Shown in pieces: positions 53,652-64,000 of a DNA stretch of 64,000 nt. Location: NCBI RefSeq assembly GCF_004010195.1, contig NC_057719.1, positions 20,225,433 through 20,289,432 on the forward strand, read 5' to 3'. Position numbers and translations under genes: made by a program. Origin of the DNA: Chiloscyllium plagiosum. Lineage: Eukaryota. Numbering within the stretch: position 1 is the stretch's first letter; the number at the start of each line of letters is the position of its first letter. The notes beneath the pieces were generated by a model. That model did no database searches, was not told the origin of the DNA, and worked only from the letters and a program-made list of their open reading frames with translations.

Positions 53652-55325
53652 ACATAGAGTCATAGAGATGTACAGTACAGAAACAGATCCTCCAGTCCAA
53701 CTTGTCCATGCCGACCGTGCCAACTTATCCCAACCCAATCTAGTCCCGCCTGCCAGCACCTGGCCCATATACTTCCAAACCCTTCCTATTCATAAACCCA
53801 TCCAGATGCCTTTTTAATGTTACAATTGTACTGGTCTCCACCATTTCCTTTGACAGCTCATTCCATACATGTATCACCCTCTGAGTGAAAACGTTGCCCC
53901 TTAGGGATCTCTTATATCTTTCCCCCCTCACCCTAAACCTATGCCCTCTGGTTCTGGACTCCCCCACCCCAGGGAAAAGACTTTGTCTATTTATCCTATC
54001 CATGGCCCTCATGATTTTGTAAACCTCTACAAGGTCACTGCTCAGCCTTCGACACTCCAGGGAAAACAGCCCTAGCCTATACAATCTCTCCCTATAGCTC
54101 AAATCCTCCAACCCTGGCAACAACCTTGTAAATCCTTTCTGAACACTTTCAAGTTTCACAATATCTTTCCAACAGGAAAGAGACAAGAATTGCACGCAAT
54201 ATTCCAACAGTGGCCTAACCAATGTCCTGGTACAGCCGCAACATGACCACCCAACCCCTGTACTCAATACTCTGACCAATAAAGGAAAGCATACCAAACG
54301 CCCTCCTCACTATCCTATCTACCTGTGACTCCACTTTCAACGAGCAATAAACCTGCACTCCAAGGTGGCTTTGTTCAGCAACACTCCCTAGGACCTTACC
54401 AATAAGTGTACAAGTCCTGCTAAGATTTGCTTTCCCAAAATGCAGCACCTCACATTTATCTAAATTAAACTCCATCTTCCACTTCTCAGCCTATTGGCCT
54501 ATCTGATCAAGATCCCGTTGTAATGTGAGGCAAACTTCTTCGTTGTCCACTTTTGGTGTCATCTGCAAACTTATTAACTATACTTCGTATGCTCTTAATC
54601 AGTCCTTGCATTTCCAAATACATGTACATCCTGTCCCTCAGGATTCCCTCCCACTATTGACGTCAAGCTCACTGGTCTATAGATCCCTGGCTTGTCCTTA
54701 CCACCTTTTTTAAACAGTGGCACCACGTTAGCCAACCTCCAGTCTTCCGGCTCCTCACCTGTGACTATCGATGATACAAATATCTCAGTAAGAGGCCCAG
54801 CAATCACTTCCCTAGCTTCCCACAGAGTTCTCGGGTACACCTGATCAGGTCCTGGGTATTTATCCACTTTTCTGTGTTTCAAGACATCCAGCACTTCCTC
54901 CTCTGTAACATGGACATTTTGCAAGATGTCACCATCTATTTCCTTACATTCTATATCTTCCATCTCCTTTTCCATAGTAAATACTGATGCAAAATGTTTG
55001 TTTAGTATCTTTCTCATCTCCTGCAGCTCCACACAAAGGCCGCCTTGCTGATCTTTGAGGGGCTCTATCAGTTACCCTTTTGTCCTTAATGCACTTGAAA
55101 AAACCCTTTGGATTCTCCTTAACTCTATTTGCCACAGCTATCTCATGTCCAATTTTTGCACTCCCGATTTCCCTCTTAAATATATTCCTACTGCCTTTAT
55201 ACTCTTCTAAGGATTCATTCGATCTATCCTGTCTATACCTGACATATGCTTCCTACTTTTTCTTAACCAAAACCTCAATTTCTTTAGTCATCCAGCATTC
55301 CCTATACCTATCAGTCTTTCCTACA
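53652..55325 (-). mobile_element. CR1 LINE, 5'-truncated with internal deletions
   Basis: ORFs 54595-55032 (PGPDQVYPR..DWRLANVVPLFKKG) and 53740-54297. Confidence 0.95.
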
Positions 55326-55679
55326 AACGTTTGTTGAAAAATTGACCTTTATTGTATTGATGTCGAGAATCTCACTTTTCCAATTGCACCATATTTTCCC
55401 AACTAACTCACCAATGCCTATTCTGAATGTTTGAATTGACCTCCATCATATTCTCGGACAATGCATTCTATGTCCTAACCATTAGATATGCAAAAATGAC
55501 TTTCATATATTTCCCTGTTTTACTTGTTATTTAGTTTATACCAGTTCTGAATGTTTCTTTATCTTTTGCCAAATCTATGTCTACTCTGGCCAGACCACTC
55601 ATACTTCTGAATATTTCCATTAAATATTAACTCAATTTACTCTTCTCTTGGATGAATAGCCTCAGTGTTTTTTTAGTTT

Positions 55680-55985
55680 AGATTAGATTAGATTAGATTA
55701 CTTACAGCGTGGAAACATGCCCTTCGGCCCAACAAGTCCACACCGACCTGCTGAAGCGGCCCACCCAGACCCATTCCTCTACATTTACCCCTGCACCTAA
55801 CACTACGGCAATTTAGCAAGGCCAATTCACCTAACCTGCACATTTTTGGACTGTGGGAGGAAACCCACGCAGACACGGGGAGAATGTGCAAACTCCACAC
55901 AGTCAGTCGCTTGAGGCGGGAATTGAACCCGGCTCTCTGGTGCTGTGAGGCAGCAGTGCTGACCACTGTGCTACCATGCCACCCC
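55680..55985 (-). mobile_element. HE1-type SINE, full length
   Basis: (TAGAT)n tail, core and tRNA-like head. Confidence 0.95.
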
Positions 55986-56768
55986 CGTTTACCCATGTAA
56001 CTAACGATCCTCCATCTTGTAAACATTCTTGGGAATTTCTTATGCATCCTCCCTATCACCTTGACCTCCTTGCCTTGCCAGACATTTTTCATGCTGTTTG
56101 TTTCTTTGCATTTCTTATTTACTTTCACACTTTCCTTCTGAAATTCTCTGAATTCTGCCTGGTTCTCACTAGTGTTTTAATATAGTATCTGATGGAGATG
56201 CTAGATATACAATGAACTGAGGAACCAGTGATTGAGGGAAGAAGCCAGGCAGTGAGTGACCATGAAGAAGGAACCTTATGATTCAAGCATCATCTTACTC
56301 AAACCCAGCGACAGCAGTTGTCAAGAAATTATTTTCAAACATGAGACAGGGTATTCTTATTATTTCAGCTGCTTGTTTGAATTTCTGATGAAAGACTTAT
56401 GCCCAAAACCTCGATTCTCCTGCTCCTCGGATTCTGCCTGACCTGCTATGCTTTTCCAGAATCACACTCTTGACTCATATTTGAAGGTAGGTCCCAGAGA
56501 TTAAAGTCAGAGTGCCTCTCTGTAGAGTTTTCCTTTTGATTATGTGTCACTATTGAAACTCATTTTTTCACCAGGCAAAAGATGTTTTCTGTGCAAAGCA
56601 GCTCTTAAGTGCTGTTTTAAGTTTTTAGTAGCACATTAAAGATCTCTGTTTTTTTTTAATCTCCTTCCCATTTAATTCTTGCTCATTCGGCAGTGCCCTC
56701 TCACCTTTCAGTCACAGCTATGTGGTGTTGTGATTGGTGCTGTCCCTACTATAAAGAGCATAATCATA

Positions 56769-59700
56769 TCTAAGTATGTAAGTTAGCTCGCTGAGCTTGA
56801 AGGTTTGTTTTCAGAAGTTTCATCACCATACTGGGTAACATCATCAGAGAAAGTCTCTGGTGAAGCACTGGTGGTATGTCCCGCCTCTCTATTAATAGGT
56901 TTTCATTTCTTAAGATGGCTGATGTCATTTCCTGTTCCTTTTTCAAGGGAAGGTAGATAGGGTCTAAATCGATGTGTTTATTGATGGAGACTTCCAAAAC
57001 ATGAAACCAGATGGATCCAACACACCATGCTTCTGTGGATTACCAAAAATACACAAACCAGGGGCCTCTCTCAGACCCCTAGCCTCCCTACCTGGTACAT
57101 CAATACACAGACTAGCCAAAGAACCCCATTAAAAACTAAAACACCTAATTGAAGACTCAACCCACTCCATTCACTCCACCCAGGAATTTCTGAACAGCAT
57201 CAAAGACACCAAGAGAGAAGAGGATGAAATAATGGTCTCCTTTGACATTACAGTCCTTTTCACATCAACTAATATTGACCTGGCCAAAGAAACACTGACA
57301 TCACTACCTGGAAAACCAGGACCACAAAACACCAGACAGCATCAACTTCATCAGCAAAGACAACATCCTCAAGCTAGTGGACCTGTGCCTCACCATCCAC
57401 TTCACGTTCAATGGAACATTTATGGAATCACTAATATCAGGGCTCATAATGGAAGCAATAATGCAGAGACTTGAACAAGGTGCTCTCCCATCTATCAACC
57501 CAAACTTTGAGTCCACTACGTAGATGACACCTTTCTCATCACAAAACGGAACAAGTCAGACAAAACATGTAACACCATCAAAAGTATCCTGACAGGCATA
57601 AAATTCACAAAAGAGGAGGAGAACAACAACAGACTCCAATTCCTAGATGTGACAGCTGAACGTACAGTTAATGGAGAGCTTCCAGATAGAAACACACACG
57701 GACCAAATACTTAACTTCAGAAATAATTGTCCCTATACCCACAAACAGAGTTGCATCAAGACATCATTGAGTTGAATTGAATTGAGTTGAATTTATTGTC
57801 ATGTGTACAGAGGCATAGTGAAAAGCTTTGTCTTGTGAGCAATCCAGGCAGATCACAGAGTTAAGTAGCATAGATAGTAAATAATAGGTAAACAGCAGCA
57901 AAAACCAAAAACACAGGTACAGGCAAATGTTAGGAGTTTGTGGGTCCATTCAGTATTCTAACAATAGTAGGGTAGAAATTGTTGCGAAACCAGCTGGTGT
58001 GTGTGTGTGTGTGTTCAGGCTTCTGTACCTTCTCCCCGGTGGTCGAAGTTGTAGAAAAACATTGCCAGGGTGGTATGGATCTTTGAGAATGCTGGTGGTC
58101 TTTTCTTGACAGTGGGCCTGGTAAATAGATTCTATAGTTGGGAGGTTAGCCTTTGTGAATGTCCTGGCCAAGTTCACCACTCTCTGTAACCATCTCCGAT
58201 CTTGAATGGTACAGTTGCCATACCAGGTAGAATGCTCACGATGGCGCACCTATCAAAGTTGGTAAGGGTATTCACTATTATGCCAAATTTCCTCAGCTAC
58301 CTGAGGAAGAAGAGACATTGTTGTGCCTTTGCAAGCAGTGCATCCAGTGCATGAAGAATCCAAGAAAGCTTGTTGAGGATGACCACTCCCAGGGGCTTGA
58401 CACTCTCCACTTGTTCCACCCCTGCTGTTAATGTATAGGGGGCCATGATTAACATCCCACCGAAAGTCAATAATGAGTTCCTTGGTTTTGTGGCATTGAG
58501 ATCTAGGTTGTTCTCAGTGCACTATTTTTCCAGGTCTTACACCTCCCATCTGTAGTCTGTTTTGTTGCTATCTGAGATTTGACCGACTATGGTGATGTCA
58601 ACAGTGAACTTGAAGATGGCATTAGTCTGGTATTTGGTGATGCAATCATGGGTGTACAGTGAGTACAGTAGGGAGATGAGTACACACTCCTGGGGATTTC
58701 CAGTATTGAGCGTTAGTGACAGTGAAATATTATCCCAAACTTCACTGATTGTAGCCCGTGGGTCAGGAAACTGAAGATCCAGTTGCAGAGAGTGGGGCTT
58801 AATTCGAGACCACTAAGTTTAGTAATCAGTCTCGAGGGGATAATAGTGTTGAAGGCTGAACTGTAGTCAATGAGTAGGATTCTTACGTAGCTGTTCTTGA
58901 TTTCAAGATGTTCTTGGGGCAGTGAAGGGCAAGTGATATGGCATCTGATGTGGATCTGTTGGAGTGGGTCAAGAGTAGTGAGGAGGCTGGAGTTGATTAA
59001 TGCCATGACCAGCCTTTCAAAGTACCTCATAACCACAGAAGTTTGGGCCACTGGGTGATAGTCACTGAGACATGCTGCATGAGCCTTCTTAGGCACTGGG
59101 ATGATGTTGGCCCTCTTGAAACAGGTAGGAACAGTGGCCTGCTGCAGGGAGAGGCTGAAGATGTCCGAGAAAATCTCTGTTAGTTGATCTGCGCATGCTC
59201 TGAGTGCTCCCTCTGATCCTATTCACATGCAGGAAAACTGATCTGGCCTCTGATGCAGTGACTGTTGGGATAGGTTCGTCAGGACTTGTCAGAATAGGTG
59301 TTACCTCTCCGCTGAAATTCTGCTCAAAGCGAGCATATAAGACGTTGAGATGATCTGGGAGGGATATGTCATCGTCTGCTATCTTGCACAGCGAGCTACA
59401 TCACACAGCAGCACCCAAGAACTACAAATAGTAGAAGAAAAATATCTATGGAACGCTTTCAAGAAAAACGGGTACCCAATAAACACAATCCGTCAATTCC
59501 TCAGAAACAAACCCAAACACAACGCACCCAAAAACTATAGCCACATTACCTTACATCGAAGATATATCAGAAATGACTGCCAGACTACTCTGACCCCTTG
59601 GCATTATGGTAGCCCACAAACCTACCAACACACTTAAACAGCGATTAATGGACCTAAAGAATCCAATAGATACCACCAGCAAAATTAACGTCATTTTCAA

Positions 59701-60178
59701 GATACCATGCAAGAACTGTAAAAAGCACTACATCCGACAAACTAGCAGTAAACTTGCCACCCGGATACATAAACACCAACTGACCACCAAAAGACATGAC
59801 CCACTTTCACTAATTTCTATCCATACAGACAAAGAAGGACACCACTTTGACTAAGACAACGCACACATCCGAGGACAGTCGAAACAAAGACATGCACAAG
59901 AATTCTTAGAGACATGGTATTCTAACCAAAACTCCATCCATAAACACATTGATTTAGACCCTATCTACCTTCCCTTGAAAAGTAGAACCAGAAATGACAT
60001 CACCCACTTTAAGAAACCAAGATCTATATATACAGAGGTGGGATATACCACCAGCGCTTCACCAGAGACTCTCACTGGTTATGCTACCCAGTATAGTGAT
60101 GAAACATCTGAAAACAAATCTTGAAACTCAGCGAGCTAACTTATCATTAACCTGAGCTACAAATGTTCTCAAAAATCG
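56769..60178 (+). mobile_element. Penelope-like element with inverted 5' pLTR, RT and GIY-YIG endonuclease
   Basis: GLPKIHKP, MVSFDITVLFT, YVDDTF and NVIFKIPCKNCKKHYI; 56770-56995 is an inverted copy of ~59930-60145; possible TSD ATAATCATA at 56760-56768 and 60179-60187. Confidence 0.9.
57765..59390 (-). mobile_element. Rex1/Babar non-LTR retrotransposon nested in the Penelope element
   Basis: ORF 58713-59096 DYHPVAQTSVVMRYFERLV...VRILLIDYSSAFNTIIP; (TTCAA)n tail. Confidence 0.9.
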
Positions 60179-61942
60179 ATAATCATACTTCTGATATTTC
60201 ATGATAGTCTTTTTTCCATTCAATCTGAATGCCCACTTCCTTATTTTAGCATTTATTCTCTCCATGCCTCATTGTGTTTTACAAGTGACTGGTTAATCTG
60301 CAGGGTATTGTTCAGTTCTAGGTGACAAATCATCATTGCAAGTGATTCCCTCCCATAATAAAGGATTTAGAGGGAGGATAGGGGAAATTATGTTTGTTAC
60401 TGTAGTTCATCTATCTCTGTTTACAAAAAAGCAATGAGCTGTTTCATTTCTAGGGATGTACACTCCTGGTTTCATAAAATCTGCCCATTTTAATTGTTAA
60501 TAGGTTTCGTCTAAATGGTTATACAAGAATGGGTAATATCTTAACTGCCAATATCTGTCCCTGGCAGACTGGCATTTAATCTCACAGAAGGCCAGTGAAA
60601 GAGGTTACGAAATATGGACAAATACCAAGCTGCAAAGAAGCATATCTGACACCATTGTAAGCTCCCATGAATACTAGAGTGTAAAGGGAAAGAGACAATT
60701 GATGTTTGTGGCAACTATTAGGAAGACCTAGATGCCAGGTAAAAACAAGGATTGCAGATGCTAGAAACCAGAGTCTAAATTATAGTGGTGCTGGAAAAGC
60801 ACAGCAGGTCAGGCAGCATCCGAGGAGCAGGAAAATCGACGTTTCAGGCAAAAGCCCATCATTAGGAATCAGCGATGTCAGGAATTCCATACGGTCCTGA
60901 TGTCCAACTCCATTGCCCACTGCTCCAAATACTCTCTGGCAATTAGAGTATCTGGTCTATTGCATTTCTGATTCTCTGCAGTTTATGGAAATTCTGGTCC
61001 TGTTACCCACATAAACTCACATTTGTCAATAAATTAAATATTTCTAGACAAAAGGAAATACCGCAGTGGGACAAAGAAGTCAGTATGTCTCATAGCAGCA
61101 TGAACAGAGTGTATTTATCAGTCCAAATGGAAATCAGCTTTAATGATATATTTACATGGTTCACTGCACATCAGAATGTTTTGGAAGGTGATCATCAATT
61201 ATGAAAATTGGCAAAAGAATAAAAGAGGAGAAGAGAATACCAGATGCCACAAATCTTCTGCCCTGAATGTAAGCTGTGAGAAGGTTGGAGATTCCCCATC
61301 TGGCGCCTCTAGCCCAATTAAATACTCCCTCACTACCAAACGCACCTTAGGGAGGGCATTGAGTTTCACCCAATATTGGAAAGGCAGTAAGAAAAGTTAC
61401 TGTGCAGTTAGAAGCAGAAAACCAGAAAGTCTTGGCTTGGCTGTCCCATTTGTAAAGTACACAATCTTTGCACACCAATCTTGAAATCAGGAGGCTGCTC
61501 AGTCAGTTCAATTTGCCCTAGTAATAAACTATGTTGTGCACATCTGTAAATCAGTTTAAGGATGATTGTTGACTAACAAAATGACATTAAAAATTACCAG
61601 CAAAATGACATAAAAAGAACAGATGACCACATTTCATTGTCAGCTCCTGATTGTACTGTGCAGGGGATTATTCTGTAAAGAAACTTTGATAGGAGACATC
61701 AGAGGAATTGGATTACAGTGGAACCAATATGGCCCTGAAAGTTCTGAATCCTGCACATCTGTCAATGATATTGATTGATTAAATGTACAGGCACTCGTAC
61801 AATCTGGCATCCATTAACAGAATTAATTTGTCTACTTATGCTATTTGACTTCAGATAGCAAGCTGCAATGGGTCAATATATGGCAATATAGACATGTGCA
61901 GTGACTGGCATAACAGGTTTTAGCATGGGAAAAAATAAAGAT

Positions 61943-62235
61943 TCGGCACGGTGGCACAGTGGTCAGCACTGCTGCCTCACAGCGCCAGAGACCCGGGTTC
62001 AATTCCTGCCTCAGGTGACTGACTGCGTGGAGTTTGCACATTCTCCCTGTGTTTGTGTGGGTTTCCTCCTACGGTCCAAAAATATGCAGGTTAGGTGAAT
62101 TGGCCATGCTAAATTGCCTGTAGTGTTAGGTGAAGGGGTAATTGTAGGGGAATGGGTCTGGGTGGGTTGCGATTCAGTGGGTTGGTGTGGACTTGTTGGG
62201 CCAAAGGGCCTGTTTCCACACTGTAAGTAATCTAA
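61943..62235 (+). mobile_element. HE1-type SINE, full length
   Basis: GGCACGGTGGCACAGTGGTCAGCACTGCTGCCTCAC head, core and tail. Confidence 0.95.
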
Positions 62236-64000
62236 AAAAGAAAAAATGCTGGTCAAAATCAGTAGGTCTGGCAGCATCTTTGGCAAGAAAGTAGAGTTAA
62301 CGTTTCAGGTCTAGTGACCCTTCTTTAGAACCTGCTGAGCTTTTCCAGCAATAACAAACATAAATCTTTGATTTCATCTTAATGAATTTTGATGTGGGTT
62401 TGTTTCAAAAATGTAAAGCTGCAACCCAGGATTTGTTAAACACCTTTTGGATTACCTTAACAAGTGATGGGACTAAAAAGGGAAAGGAGTTTATCAAACA
62501 ATACCTTCCTGAGTCAGGTTTAAAAAGAGAAAAGTAATCATAATTTGAATTCCCCCTTTATTTGTGACATTTATCCCACCACGTCTCTCCTTTATCAAGT
62601 ATTTGAAATGTGCCGCATTTAAAAAGCGCACGTGTCTATAAACTGCGCATCTTCTCATGGTCTTAGTTTTCACAATGAATTTGCGTCTCGCTTGTTTTTA
62701 AAAAGAATGTTCTGCATTTTTACATTGTAGCATTATGGGGTAAGGTGGAAAAAGTAGATAAAATGAAATTTCAACTGTTGTATGATGAATAGGGTATAAA
62801 TTTGTAACACTAACAGACTGTGTATAAAAGGGGAAGAACATAGCAGATGTGGTCTGACAATCATAATTGACAAGACTGACAAAATCTTGAAGGGTTGTGT
62901 AGTGTGAACCCTTTTGGGATCCATCAGGCAATTCAACCAACAGGCTATAAATGAATTTACATAGGTGTCCTTCCATACCAGAATGGTCAAATCACTACAG
63001 ACGCAAGTTGGTACTGATGCAAGTTGTCGCAACTTTATTAAGGAACAGTAAGATGATCCCCTTAGTTGTTACAATACTTACCAGAATCTCTTGTAACTTC
63101 AGTTGGGTTTGTGAAATTTTTCTCTTTCTCTCTCACTCCAAACGGTGAGTTGGTCTTTGCCTTTACCACCCCTATCACTTCTTCTTCATCTCCAGAGGCC
63201 CAAGGGTTTGACCTGCAGGAAAACCCTGTTTTTATGCCCTTTTTTGGAACTTTCTATAGTCCTGGCCATTCAGGATGACTCACTTAATGGTTTGAAACAT
63301 CCCCAATCATTTGGATGGTTTGCTAATGTCTCTTTGTTTGTCCAACAGGGCCTGGTTTCCCTTCTGTCTGGTTTTTAATTTAAAATATGCAATTCTCCTT
63401 TATTTCATTGGACCATTGTTGAGATGTGCCTTTAACACTATGCAAATGTCATTAGCACCTGGCTGCTGTATCTGCATTGTGTCTAATTTCTGGGTTTTCA
63501 ATTTGTAGAGCTTTACTTAGCCAACATGTCATATACCCAGCATCCCTTGCTGTTTGACCAAGTGGCAAAATATGTGTATTTTAACAGTCATGAGACTTCT
63601 ACAGATGGGATAGATGGAATTTGAAATTTAAATCTTTTAAGACTGCTTGGAATGAAGTCTGATTGTTAGTTGAGAGCAATGATCAAAAGTTTCAGGATGG
63701 ACACATGTCTCAGAGTCGAAATAAAATTATGAAGATCTGTGGGTGTGGGACACACTCTAGCAATAGTGCAATTTTGGTGCAATGTAATAGCTAATGACTA
63801 ACAACAGTATATGCAATTATTTTGTCGTGACATTATTGATCATGAAGATGGAGTGACAGACCACTTATATGAAATATCAAATTACAGCTACTTTACAGAA
63901 ATTCTTTGGAAATAAATTAACTTTAAAAGTTGATTGTAATCAGACAGAGCAAACACAATCTGCAAATCATAACCAGTTTAGGCATAATTAAACCAGCCTT

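Larger units (their letters stand above)
56200..63400 (+). pseudogene. Degenerate L EVE, copy 4 (RdRp to connector domain), interrupted by Penelope/Rex1 and SINEs
   Basis: EPVIEG (~56222), TEGQ/EIWT (~60585-60620, motif B-like), RDN*CL (60691; GDNQ-like), FLDKRKYRSGTKKSVCLIAA (61041; cf. YSKRIYYDGKILPQCLKA), EKVGDS..KPESLGL (ORF 61143-61484), LKSARVYKLRIFSW (~62619) and NGLKHPQSFGWF (63286; cf. NALSHPKIFKRF). Confidence 0.7.

Noticed and set aside
63082..63212. Candidate minus-strand exon (TTTTCCTGCAG acceptor, GTAAGT donor, open frame)
   Set aside because: The peptide is unrecognisable, there are no partner exons, and it lies inside the + strand L relic.
1..64000. CRISPR array, tRNA/rRNA genes, intact viral ORFs
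   Set aside because: There is no regularly spaced repeat-spacer array, the tRNA-like heads belong to SINEs, and all viral relics carry stops and frameshifts.

Overview
Non-coding, AT-rich vertebrate DNA, almost certainly from a cartilaginous fish. It carries HE1-type SINEs, CR1 LINEs, Penelope, Rex1/Babar, Gypsy and Harbinger-like remnants. No intact host gene, RNA gene or CRISPR array is supported. The main observation comes from removing the transposon insertions: much of the remaining unique DNA across the 64 kb reads, on the + strand only, as stop- and frameshift-riddled relics of paramyxovirus-like (Mononegavirales) genes. The apparent order is N, L C-terminus, N, possible M, receptor-binding protein (HN/G-like), L, L, N, L, RBP, L. 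The homologous copies are mutually very divergent, suggesting a co-oriented cluster of endogenous RNA-virus elements. These assignments come from by-eye translation and comparison with remembered measles, Sendai, NDV, Nipah, RSV and Ebola sequences, so they need confirmation by a frameshift-aware profile search. The second theme is numerous Penelope-derived minimal hammerhead ribozyme motifs, some in fold-back elements with a ribozyme core on each strand. Repeat boundaries are approximate unless a TSD is quoted.
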